From Azolla caroliniana (taxonomy: Eukaryota > Plantae > Polypodiophyta): DNA of 64,000 bases. Positions within the stretch are counted from its first letter, which is position 1. Each line of letters opens with the position of its first letter. The notes below the pieces were generated by a model that worked only from the letters and a program-made list of their open reading frames with translations, was not told where the DNA came from and searched no databases. Below, piece by piece: positions 1 through 12,621 of the stretch. Position numbers and translations under genes: made by a program. The DNA is taken from the NCBI GenBank assembly GCA_043228905.1, contig JBHGNT010000021.1:2914001-2978000 (forward strand), written 5' to 3'.

Positions 1-1700
1 AGTAAGCCATGGCTATGATCACGTGAGAGGAAGAAGCGAAATTCGTGAGATAGAGTGAAGGAAAAACACTATACATTATATAGTGAACCATTTTTCCTTG
101 GAAAAAGAATGTGATGACTAATTCAACCTTCACAAAAGACATGAATGGGATTTGATCAACTAACTGTGTTGATGATTATGAGAATTGAAAAAGCACCAAT
201 TCATTACCTCATTTGTCCCTTTTTGTCTTGTTTTTACCTTTATATTGGAGGCTAGCTATATACAATGTGTGAAGTGTTATTTGCACTCAAAGTTGAAAGA
301 TTTGTATATACATGTGTCCAAAGAAGAATATCGCAGTCCAATTGACCCAAAAGTTGTGGGATGTGGACAATTGCAACGACAACTCAAAGTTAAGTAAAAA
401 GACAGAAAAGGGGAGAGTTTCATGTGATTTACCAATTCCATTTTTGCCTCGTCAAGGTTGCGTCAAATGTATGGACAAAGAAGAACAGAGCGAAAAGCAA
501 TATTGATCAGTTTTTTTTATGTTTTCCCATGTGTAAAAGAGCCCACTTTCCCTTTACATTCCCTATGGTTTGAATCAACCTCATTCAGAGGCAATCCCCA
601 TTTGCCAAAAAGAGCTCACTTTCCCTTACAAATCCTTGCAATGTGAAAGAATACGATGTTTTGCACAAGGAAAAACCTCAACATGCCTAGCTAAGAATAC
701 CATGTTTTCTTTCATCGATCCTTATATATCATGAGGAGAATTCATCTTCTCATTGATACTTTGGAGAATGGAGATGGTACTGATCAAGATTAGACAAGAG
801 CCAAATGGATGTGTATACATGCATACATGCATACCCACACATCTCGCTAGAATATTCGGACATCTTCATGTGCGAGAGAAAGCCCCAGTTCGCTCGTATT
901 TTGCCGACACGCATTATGGAGCTTTTTTTTGTGTGTGGGGGCGATGAGGAACCACATCGTAGGTAGTAAGGTTAAGTAGGGTATCGGGTTTTTCCCACAC
1001 GCATGCGGGACAGAAAGGGCTCTTGCAAGTACGAGAGTGTGCCGGAGCAATGGGCATCTCTGGCTTTCTTTCTTTTCCGACACAAGCCATGCATTTCCTC
1101 TTCCTCTCCGATGATGCCCCCTCCTTACAGGTCGGAGAGGAGAGAGAGTCGGAAAAGAAAGAAAGCCGGAAAAGGGGGTTTCTACGGATGTAGTGTATTC
1201 GAAGAAATAGGAAGCGTGGGTCCGCGATAGATGTCTATGAGTGTGAGTGTGATTGTGTGTGAGTGTGGAGCCAAAGAAACACATGAATCCATCTATGTTG
1301 GTGTTGCTTGCACTCCTACCAATTATTATGACTACTACTACTACTACTAACTTTAGCTGCCACTAGCTAGCTATAACTATAGCACCTGCCACTACTAAAA
1401 AAGCAAAAAACCTAAGCCCTGTTTTTAGTTGTATGTATTTGTATACCCCCCCTTTCCTCTGCTTCTAAGAAGCAAACCATGGTGACTTACTTGCTAGCTC
1501 CACATTTTCTTCTCTCTTCTGTAAACATTTAACAACCCTCCCTTGTTGAAGAAGAGATGATGAATGTGGCATCCATGTGTATGGGCTTCCATTGAATCGG
1601 ATAAGGTGTGTGATCCACGTTGTTGCAATCTTCCTTTGAAATCTCACATGAACAACTCGTAATCACTCTTATCATGTTCTTTTTATGCATGCATGCATGC

Positions 1701-1703
<3 letters not shown>

Positions 1704-1733
<30 letters not shown>

Positions 1734-1740
1734 TGTATGT
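1704..1740. repeat. (TATG)n microsatellite
   Basis: Direct read. Similar degenerate tracts lie at about 20350-20600. Confidence 0.9.
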
Positions 1741-2038
1741 ATAATGCAATCCTCCTTTGAAATCTCAGGTGAAGAAATCATGATCTCGCTTATGCATAAG
1801 CATTTCTTTTCTCCGTTGAAATTTTGATGAAAAACATGGGATCTTCTTGTAAAAGCATTTCCTTTGAAATCTTGTGAAGATAGCTTTCTGTTTATCTTGC
1901 TCATAATCTTCTTCTTTTTGGTTTAGGGCTCAAATTCTAGCTCCCCCAAGAAAACATAAAACAAATTGGATCTTGTTTGGGAGGAAATGGAGAAACTGAA
2001 ACACTAGGAAAAGAAGAGAGACTTGTTTTGGCATCAGC

Positions 2039-4394
2039 ATGAAACACAAGGCTTGGTTTCACACCCCAAGGCAATGCCTTCTTATGATGGTGATGTTTAC
2101 AACATCATCAATCATGCTCTCAGCTACATTTGTCTGCGCGACCAACAATTCGGCATCATTGCCACTGTCCTGGTCCTCATCAGACCACTCAGCTTTGCTT
2201 GAATTCAAGGCCTCTTTGGATGCAAGTTTGAACCTAATGACTTGGTCAGGAGATGATCATTGCTCTGGCCTTTGGTATGGTGTCCGTTGCGATGCTAATG
2301 GCCGTGTCAACCGACTCGTACTCCAAGGCCTACAACTCTCCGGGGGTCCTATTGAACCCTTGGCTCGCCTGGATGGTCTCCGAATCCTTAGCCTTGACAA
2401 CAACCTCCTCAATGGCTCTCTCCCTACAAATTTCTCTAATTGGCGGTATATGAGATCGCTCTATCTCTCTCGCAATGAGTTCTCTGGACCAATCCCAGAC
2501 TCAATTTCGACACTGTCTCGGCTCTGGCGATTGGATCTATCCCATAACATTCTCTCTGGACAGGTCCCAGCCTCACTCACACAGCTCTCGAAGCTCCTCA
2601 CACTCAAGCTAGACAATAACAAGCTAACCGGGCCACTTCCGAACCTCAAAAACTTTGTGAATCTTAAAGATTTCAATGTTTCTTTCAACCAACTTGATGG
2701 GCCTATACCTGGTTCTTTGTCAAACTTCTCAATATCATCGTTTCAAGGGAATGAAGGATTATGTGGTGTGCCACTCTTGGTTTGTGATACTAGCCAACAA
2801 CCCACAAACCCTCATGGTGATGGTGGACAAGATAACCCTATGGTAGTATCATCAAGCCCAAGTTCGAAACCTGCATCAACTGTTTCGGTCGTAAAGAGCG
2901 AAAAGAGGCCATTTAAACTTGGAAGTGGTGCCCTCGTAGCCATAGTTGTAGGTGATGTGGCTGTGGTAGTACTAATCACTTCTTGTTTCATCCTCTACTA
3001 TTGGAAAAAGTATAACCACGTTCAAGAGGTCCATTATTCGGAAAATGCTGACCGCAGTCATAATGATAATAATCAGGAGAAGAGGAAAGAAATTAAGAAG
3101 GAGAGGCGGAAAGACATTAAGGAGAAGAAGAAAATGTCTGACCCAGAAAAGCTTGCTTTTAACTATCCTAGCATGCAAGTGGAGGGTGAGAAGGGTAAGC
3201 TTGTTTTTATGGATGGAAGAAAGCAATTTGAATTAGAAGACCTCTTGAGGGCATCAGCCGAAATGTTGGGTAAAGGTTTATTCGGCACTTCTTATAAGGC
3301 CACGCTAGAGGATGGATCGGTTGTTGCGGTTAAGAGATTGAAAGACCCAACAACAGGGGGTCGCAAAGATTTTGAGCAACACATGGATGTTATTGGGAGA
3401 CTCAAGCACCCAAACCTTGTTGCATTACGAGCTTACTACTATGCTCGAGATGAGAAGCTTCTTGTGTACGATTACTTGCCATCGGGAAATCTCTATTCTT
3501 TACTTCACGGTGTGTATCATTTTGCTACCCGAAAACTTCCTCATTCTCATAAATTCTGTCATCATCGATGTTCTCAAATCACATTTAGTAGCAATCATAT
3601 TGTTCGAAAAATAAAAGCATTGTATGATAATGTTCATGTCTCATGTCGTTCTCTCACCACATTTTTAGTGACCTTACCAAAAACTAAATGCATGAATAGT
3701 GCAGTGACCTAACTTCTTGTTGGGTTCAGGTAACCGAGGCCCTGGGAGAACTCCGCTCGACTGGACAACTCGCATCAAGATTGCGGTAGGAGTAGCACGG
3801 GGCTTAGCATTTATTCATCATCAATGCAAAACTCAAAAATTGATTCATGGCAACATCAAATCAACCAATGTTCTCTTGGATAAAGACGGGAACGCATGTA
3901 TATCTGACTTTGGCCTCATCCTCATGACACATTCTTCAGCTGTATTAACCAAGTGGTTGATTGGATATAGAGCACCCGAACTAAACGAGACCAAGAAAGT
4001 GTCACAAAAAGGAGATGTGTATAGTTACGGAGTTCTCTTGCTTGAGATATTAACCGGGAAACCTGCAATGCGTTCATTGTACTCCCACGATGACGGAGTA
4101 GATCTGCCGAAATGGGTGCAATCGGTAGTCCAAGAAGAATGGACAGCAGAAGTGTTTGATCTTGAGCTTCTTAGGTATAAAAACGTTGAAGAGGAGATGG
4201 TGGGTATGCTCCAAATAGCTATGCAATGTGTGTCATCTCTACCGAAGCAACGACCGCGAATGAGCCAAGTTGTAAAGATGGTTGAAGACATCATCGGAGG
4301 TTCACAGCTACAATCTCCTTTCAGAAGATATGATTCTTTCGATTCGATTTCCATGTCACCTTCTATATCCGAAGACACTGGAACAAGTCACTGA
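2039..4394 (+). CDS. LRR receptor-like kinase, subfamily LRR-III (At1g68400/PXC1-like); 2 exons: 2039-3509, 3730-4394
   Basis: Signal peptide, LRRNT (W.G..C), about 5 LRRs, TM helix (ALVAIVVGDVAVVVLITSCFILYYW), FELEDLLRASAEMLGKG motif, VAVKRL, HGNIKSTN, DFG and DLPKWVQSVVQEEWTAEVFD. A GT..AG intron at 3510-3729 joins LLH-G-NRGPGRTPLDW in frame. Confidence 0.95.
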
Positions 4395-7300
4395 TGAGTG
4401 ATCACATGGAGTGAACCTTGTACCAATTAAGTTGATGGGCCTACTTTGGGGGTGATATTGGGTTGGGTGTGGAGAGATCCAAACTTCTGGCCTCGTATTC
4501 TAATTTCCTTCTTAATTACTTTTGTTTATGATTAATTTTGTGATTAAGAAGATAGTAACTGGGGTGTCATGATGCATTACATATGAGGTTAAAAATTATA
4601 TGCAAAATGTGGACTTTGACCCCAAGGTTTAGATTTAATATAACATCTCAAACTAAAGTTGCTTGACTTTTGATGTACAATTGTGGTGCTGGCAGTAATT
4701 TGTCATGGAAGAGGATGTAGCTACATATTAATCTTTGAAGGCTTGTTTTAGACTTTCAATATGTAAAATGGAGCCGATAGGGCTTGTTGGCCTTTATAAA
4801 CGTTAAAAATGTTTGATAAGGAGTTTGTTGAAGTATGTATAAGATGGATCAGTTCAAGGTTTAAATGATTGCCATGATGTATTAAATATGGGAGTTTCTT
4901 TAGTATTGTAGTAAAATGCCTAGTATCTCAATTTTTAGTCACTCATCTATTAATGAAGCACTAAAGCTCCCAAGCTGAAATCAGAAAACTATATTTCAAT
5001 TTCTCTTTAATAAATTGATTAAGTCAATGATTATGTGAAAGCATTCTTAAAGTTCAAGATGACAAGGAAACAACCGGATGTCATTTCTTCAAACAATGGC
5101 TTCACCACCAGACCCATAATTTCAAGCCTAAAACTTTTAGTCTTAATTCGTCAACCTTGAATTGGAAGTTTGCCCAAATTTACTGAATCAAAGACATGTT
5201 TAATCCATTCTTTCATGTGAATTTACTCAACCAGAAATGTTTTCCTGGGATATCATTGCAGATTCCATGGACTATCTCCATCACACATGTGCGTAGTACA
5301 TGTTGGCTAGAATTGTATATGGTTTGCAGAAATTAGAACTAAAGTGGGATCGAGGCAACTATTAAAATGTGATTCATCATGATAATCAAGCATTCATGCT
5401 TAAACAATGTTATCAATTATTGCAACATATAGAATATAAAGCGGCAAGGATGGGAATGGAAGTAATACCTTTTAAATGAGGAGATGAATTAATAAAGACA
5501 TGAATCGCATTACATGTTGAGGAAAGCTCTGCATGACCGAGATGTCAGAGGCTGGAACTTAATTAATTATAATGCGCACACAAAAAGTATTGTAAATTAA
5601 AAGCAACAAATGCAAACAATACAAAAGGAATGCACTAGTGCAAACATTATATTTGCTCTTCTTAGAATCTTTATTTCTTAATCAAATGTTATCTTTAAAA
5701 ATTTCTTAATCGAATGTATCTTGAAAAAGTGGAGCATAGCTGAGTAAAAAATTTCACTCTTTATATATTTATTAGGTGCAAGAATGTTTTTTTGAATTTC
5801 TTTTGTTTTAGTGTTATGACATTTAAGCATCAATTTTCACATGAATTTCTTGAATTCCAAATTCTTATTTCTTGAAAAGGATCATTCAATGTGTCTTGAG
5901 ACAATTGAATTGAAAAAGTTAGTTGTGTTAGTTTGGGAAAGGTGCAATGGGTTTTTCCAATAAGGAATGTTCATCCCAAAGGTTCCACCATTCCTCAACA
6001 ATGCTTCTACAAATAATATGTGAACCAACTTTGGAGTAAACAAAATGTTAGACAATGCGGTTTAATCTTCTCATGGGACAAAGACAAGTCCAAGCTAAGG
6101 AAAGGGAACATTTCTCATCATCTGTTTGCGACCATTTACTTACTACTTCCAAATGTTTCCGAATGAAACCATGTACTTGTCATGTCTTAACTGATTTTAG
6201 CGGGACGAGGTCATGCCACTCTAAGTTAGCATAAGGAGCCACATCTTCCTTCTATTACGCCAAATTTTTACTAGATACATTTGATAGATCCTTTTCTTGT
6301 CTCAAGTACATCTCAAGTGTGTGAAGGTCAAGAACGTACACAAGGGTATCAAGAGTGTGTCTATTGGAGCGAATGAGAGCACATATCCCAATACAACGTT
6401 TCACATTGCTTTTTCATTATTTACGTAGCTACCAAGAATGTTCACTTCCATGTGCGATCAGCTATTGTAGCTTTCTCGAATATCTCTTTGTGTTCCGTTC
6501 ATCGAATTGCGTAAAACTAAAAAAAACTAAAAGATAAAAAAAAATGTAGTATTTGAGATCCTTGGCCATCGGTGTGATATTATCACTTCTATTCCTCCTC
6601 ACTTCACTCGTATCTAATGATTTAGGTACGTCAATGAGCATGATAAATGAAGTTCTTCCCTAAGGGGGTTCCATGCGTGAAAATGTTCTTGGAATTGGGG
6701 GCATCCTAGAGTTTATCGTTTGTCAAAGTGTGTGAGTACATGTTGAGTTGAGGCTCTTTGTAGAGAAAAGAAGTGAGATATCACAAAACACCTCATCAAA
6801 TATCAATGATTTCATATAATGTTTGGCGCGCACAAACTCTTTCAAATACTTTTGTTAACATTGAGATATATTTTTATTTAGCGAGCTTCGTCAAGTGAGT
6901 TTTTTTCGACAAAATAAACAATATTTGAGCATTTTTTTAATGGATTTTTTGGTTGAATAAGAAGCTATGTTTGAAAATGACCTTGATGCTCATAGATTCT
7001 GAAGGAGGTGAGAGGGGTGGGGACACAATCATAGCTGATGCATTCTTTGCTGCATTTGTTTTATTGTAGATTTTTTAATACAAGAAAAGAGTACAGAAGT
7101 TACCATTGTACCCTACACTAGAGGTTTTAAATGTACCCTACACTAGAGGTTTTAAATGCAACCCAAGAGGCCTTAGTTTTGAAAGGGTAAAAAGTTAAAA
7201 ACCTTTGGCCTTGTTTAAGGGTAAAAGGACGACACACTTTCACATTTATACCCCGGTGAGCATTCGCACAAAGCCTAAATGTTCTGCTGTTGTGAACAAC

Positions 7301-8318
7301 GCGAGATGATGTGGATAACTCATTCACCTGAAAAAGGTTTCTCCGTGGTACTTTGCTTCATCCTTTGGCGGCGAGGAGGCAATAAAAGTTGTTGGTTGTA
7401 CTAATTTGTCCCACCATTTTGCGAGAATGGGCAAGTTACTTGTGGTCATTTATGTTGAAAAGAGAATTTGTTAGAAAAATGTTTGTGTGACTTGGTTGTT
7501 TGATGATAAGTATGTGACTACCAACCATTGCTAGTGGTAGTACCCCTGATCAGATTCTAGCTGTTGCACTACTGATGATCAAAAGAGATAGGATTTGTGT
7601 GTTGGCCAAGCTATGGCCATGATCTCACTCCAATGCACTACATCCACTAAAGTAAAGAAGTGTACCTACTCTAGTCTTATTGTTATGTCATCATAATTGT
7701 TTTCCATGTGTATGCAATGCCACAATTTATGAAGGGATGTACAATTTTGGCCTTAATCAAGTGTTTTGTGTATACAGGAAAAGGCATTGTAAATGTAGCA
7801 TGGAATTCTAACTAGAGGGGACTTCCACCATTCTCACTGAATCTAACATAAGAATGTACTCACCGCTATGGGTTTTTTTCACACATATGTACATGATCTT
7901 GTGCTTTAGACCTCTTTCATTCTTCTACTCGCTTTTTTTTTTCAGTAATGAATCACATTACCGGTGGGGAAAACCTCCACATGAGGTGAGAACCCCACAA
8001 AAGAATGCTAATAAATATAATTTTGTGCTTAAAAGCACTCAAAAAGACATGCCTATCATCATTTTTCATTCTCCATTTTGGTATGACCATAAAATTCTTC
8101 TGGCAAGCATATGTAATCCATCTCAAGCCATATCCATTCCAACATCTCAGAAAGATACAGAGTTTATATATTCATAACCCATCCCATGTGTAACCAAACA
8201 GCAAGGAACACTTCACAGCAATCCAATAAAATATTATAACAAACACGATTATATCACAAAGAAATTCTTTTATACGTCACCAAGGGCTCAAATTTTTACT
8301 TGGATGTTTATAAACCCA

Positions 8319-10241
8319 TCACATGCCCTTTAACTCTTCATGCATACCAGAAGATGCATATATATTTCCCATGCAAACATAGGCTGAAACACACTCTTTA
8401 TCCAACTGTAATAACTGCTCAAATGCCCACCTCGCAAGATCTACATTCATACAGTTGCAACAACAGGCCCCGAGAAGAGTTAGCAACAATGGAAGCCAAT
8501 GAGAAGGTGACACATTTTCAATCACATCTAATGCCTTGTCAAAATGTCCGACCCGGACTAAAAAATCGACCATACATGTGTAGTGGTCTAAGGTTGGAGT
8601 CACAGCATAACTAGAATCCATGGCATCGAAGACCATTAGCCCTTCCTCTAATAGACCAGCATGATTGCATGCAGTAAGCAACACTAGAAAAGTAACCACA
8701 TCTGGTATCACAACTTCTATCATCATTTTATTGAATTTTTCTATAACCTTTTCAGCCTCGCCCATCTGGGCATATCCATCCATTAATGCACTCCAAGATA
8801 CAACATCCCGGCATGGGAGTTCATTGAAAACTTCTTGTGCTTTTCCGAGCATACCACATTTCGCATACATATCCACTAATGTATTTCCAAGAACCATATC
8901 TTTCTTCCACAACTGTTGGTTCTTAACCTTGACGTGTACCTCTTCTCCCATTGCAACAGACCCTATGCTACCACAAGCTTTCAGCATGCAAATAAAGGTT
9001 ATCACATCTGGTGAAAGTCCCTCATATTGCATTAGTCTGAAGCATTTTAGGGCTTCCTCATTGTGCCCATGTTGGGTATACCCACTAACCATTGCATTCC
9101 AAGATACCACATTCCTTATTGGAAGATCTTCAAATACTTCTTTTGCTTTTTCTAACATGCCCATCTTGGCATACATGTCCACTATTGTTGTCCCTAACAA
9201 TATGTCTTTCTCTAGTAGACCATTGTTTCTTACTTCAATGTGAATCTCTTCTCCCATACCGATAAGACCCATGTTACCACAAGCTTTCAAAATACAAATA
9301 AATGTGACTGCATCTGGAAAAATATCATCCTCCTCTTGCATCAACTTGAAACATTTAAGGACTTCATCATTGAGACCATGCCGAACATACCCCATGATCA
9401 ACGCATTCCAAGTTACAACATCTCGTTTTGGAATCTCATCAAACATTTCTCGGGCTTTTCCCATCTCTTCACATTTGGCATACATATCAACCAACGTGTT
9501 GTCGAGCATGATGTTTTTTGCATGCCTTATAATCAAGGCATGTATTTTTTCTCCCATCTCAAGAGACTCTATACTAGTACAAGATTTCAAAATGCACAGA
9601 AAGGTAACCACATCAGGGAGGACATCCTCATGTTGCATTTTCCAAAAGCATTTCAAAGCTTCATCATGCATCTGATGATGGCCATAACCAGAAATAAGAG
9701 AGCTCCAAGTTACAACATCTCGTTCTGGAAGCTCTTCAAATACATCTTGTGCTTCTCTTAGCATACCACATTTCGCATACATATGAACCAACACATTCCC
9801 GAGCGCCAAATTATTACACAACAATGTTTGCATAATGATTATAGCATGGATCTCTTGACCATTCTTGATAAATCCAATGTTGCTACAACATTTCAAGATG
9901 CAAATATAAGTGACTACGTTCGGAGATTGACCCCTGCTTTGCATTTGTTTGAAGCAAGAGAGAGCTTGGTGATGGAGGCCATGTTGGTAATATATAGACA
10001 TGATAGAATTCCATGATACAACATTTGGGCATGGAAGGTTTTCAAAGAAAGCTATGGCATCTAAAAGAGCACCACATTTAGCATACATACTAATCAATGC
10101 ATTACAAAGGCATATATCCTTATGTAAAACCTCTCTTTGCACAACATGGGCATGTATAGATTTGGCTATGGAGATCTCCTTATGCTCCCCACATGACTTC
10201 ATCATCTCCAGGAAAGCTCTGCGATCTTTGGGCAAGTTCAT
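8319..10241 (-). CDS. Intronless PLS-class pentatricopeptide repeat protein ending in E1/partial E2, no DYW domain
   Basis: 640-aa ORF with repeated P-L-S triplets (DVVTWNALI.GY, FICILKAC, LVDMYAKCG), then HYTCMVD and an E-type tail (LLGAC...AYVCMGNIYA). The start codon is uncertain because an in-frame stop lies shortly upstream. Confidence 0.9.
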   Translation of the reverse strand: MNLPKDRRAFLEMMKSCGEHKEISIAKSIHAHVVQREVLHKDICLCNALISMYAKCGALLDAIAFFENLPCPNVVSWNSIMSIYYQHGLHHQALSCFKQMQSRGQSPNVVTYICILKCCSNIGFIKNGQEIHAIIIMQTLLCNNLALGNVLVHMYAKCGMLREAQDVFEELPERDVVTWSSLISGYGHHQMHDEALKCFWKMQHEDVLPDVVTFLCILKSCTSIESLEMGEKIHALIIRHAKNIMLDNTLVDMYAKCEEMGKAREMFDEIPKRDVVTWNALIMGYVRHGLNDEVLKCFKLMQEEDDIFPDAVTFICILKACGNMGLIGMGEEIHIEVRNNGLLEKDILLGTTIVDMYAKMGMLEKAKEVFEDLPIRNVVSWNAMVSGYTQHGHNEEALKCFRLMQYEGLSPDVITFICMLKACGSIGSVAMGEEVHVKVKNQQLWKKDMVLGNTLVDMYAKCGMLGKAQEVFNELPCRDVVSWSALMDGYAQMGEAEKVIEKFNKMMIEVVIPDVVTFLVLLTACNHAGLLEEGLMVFDAMDSSYAVTPTLDHYTCMVDFLVRVGHFDKALDVIENVSPSHWLPLLLTLLGACCCNCMNVDLARWAFEQLLQLDKECVSAYVCMGNIYASSGMHEELKGM

Positions 10242-12621
10242 CGATAAAACAGGGAAAGACTCTGCGAAAAGCCCCGCTTGGATTTTTCTTTAATTCCCCC
10301 AATGCCCTTGGCATTTTGAGGAAGGGAAAAGACTGACTGAGAATAGGAAATAGCAAAAACTCGGGGGCATTTCAACAAATGAGGAAAGACTTAGCAGTTA
10401 TTTCCAGGGTTTAGCAGTTAATTTTCTCATCAATGAATTTTCTCGGTTAAATTGTTAACGACTGGCATGCTTAGAGATTAGTATGCTTGAAGTGGTGCTC
10501 TGGGAAATATGGTAAATCAGAGGCATTTTGATCATCTTCCCTTTGTATAATTTATCTCGTACTCTAAAAAGCATTTAGTAGACTAAGTGTTACATTCAAA
10601 CCCTCTACTTCATCCGAAAATAGATTTATGTATATTTCTTGCAGTCGATCTCATCGAGAATCTTATTCGAACACATCAAGAAAGATGGTGCCCGTTATGA
10701 ACTGCATAGAGAAATTTGTCAGTCAACGTGTTTCCACGCTGTGGGCAAACTTTTAGAACAGAACTTTCTGATTCCAAAACACTCATTGTGATTGTGATGT
10801 TTTTGTACATAGTGCACAAAGTCAGAACTTTTAAGTCCATGTCATTGGATTGCATTAGTATATTGTATGCCAATGTCTAGCTCTTGACGATTTCTTTAGT
10901 CTAACGTCAAATTTTTCTTTCATCCAAAACCAGTGTTTCAACTTCTATATGCTTGAGCATTTGTTTTCTCTGTCCTTTCAAAGTTCATTAAAGCTCCTTG
11001 TTGAGGATAATGCCTCCAACATCATTAACATTGAGCACTACAAAAAACACAAAATAGAGAAGTATATTTAGTATGAAAGCAAGAAGGTTACACAACCTCA
11101 TAAGTTCAGAGACATCACTTTCTGCTTTCATTTGCTGTTTACATGTAGGTAGAGATGAGAAATAGTTTAACTTAGGTGTGAGTGATGTGATGAATGTACT
11201 AAATGTGGAATAACCTTCCACGAGGTACAAGTTACACCAGAGAATACCAATAAATGGTGTACAATCTAGATTAGCTAGATCAAAAAACGAATTATCAAAT
11301 TGATATATGAAAACCATGTTAGGACTAGTGTGAAAAGCTAATCACTCAGTAACATGTACGACATCATTAGTTGAGCATAAGAGCAGGATTAAGATATTGA
11401 AAGAATGATAAAAGACACAATGAAGTGTAATTACTGTATTCATTGAAGTAGTGTGGAACCCTCAAAATAGTTTAATCCCTGCTATAAACGGTCAGCATTC
11501 TTTCTTATTAAATGGTAATGCATCAGGTTTCTTCTCATGAGCACCCATAAACACACTTTAACAATTTACACATAGACAGCAAGGCATTATCACTTTTGCA
11601 CATCATCATCCTGATCACTTCCACATGACAAGGTTTAACAAGGAACGATGTATATCCACTCACATCTTACGGCAGTAGCAATGGGATGGATGTTCTCCAT
11701 GATGCAAAGTATTGCAAAGTATTGCAAACAATTGCATAGTATGTGATACAACCACACATCTAGCTCAGGGGTATCTATACAATCTCTATGCTTACTCTTG
11801 CTAACATAATTTATCATGTAAACCACATGTTTAGGCAGCAATATGTTTAAAAAAAATTGATCGATTTTTCACAAAGAAACAATTTAAAAGTAGTTAGTTC
11901 CAGCCAATCCAATCTGAACCGACCTAAGAGATATTAACATCAGCATTTCAGTGTGAAATAAATATCAACACGCTCAAATATTTTCATTACAATATGCATA
12001 ACTGTCATTTTCTTCAGTTGCAAACCAGCTTAAATACACCAAATTTGAAGAGCAAGAGACCAAACAAGATCAGTGTCAACTGGTTTTTAGGCACCTTTCC
12101 AAACATTTAGATCAAGTTGTTCTACAAGAATGTTTGCAGTGGATCAGGATTCACATTTCCCTAGTTTTATATTTCCAATAAAGACATACAATTTTGCAGG
12201 GTATCAGATCTAAACAAACAAAAGTAGAAGAAGGGCTTAGGATCTGATTCAACAAAACTAGAATAACTGTTTCTGATCTAATACCTAGGAATCATTTTTT
12301 AAACCAAAGTGGCTCCTCTTAGCACACTCCTAGCTAGACAAAATGGTCAAATAGATTCTCACAATATGTAGAAGTTTTGAATGTAAATGTGTAAAATGTA
12401 AAAGTCTTTGGTAGCTTGTAAATGTGTAGAAGTTTTGGTACTTCAAGTTAACTATGGAACATCATGTGAGCTTCTTCAGTTGGCCAAAAGTTAAATGGTT
12501 GAGGTTGGAAGAATAGTATACGTAATAAATGCACATATCCTTATCTTCGATGATATGGAGAATTCCATTTGTGACATTTATGTATTGTTCCTGTGAATGG
12601 AGGTGGAGGCATTACATCTGA

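Noticed and set aside
847-1284. ORFs upstream of the LRR-RLK
   Set aside because: They are low-complexity with no recognisable domain, and more likely promoter or 5' UTR sequence.
8665-10293. Long plus-strand ORFs overlapping the PPR gene
   Set aside because: They are antisense shadows of the repetitive PPR coding frame.
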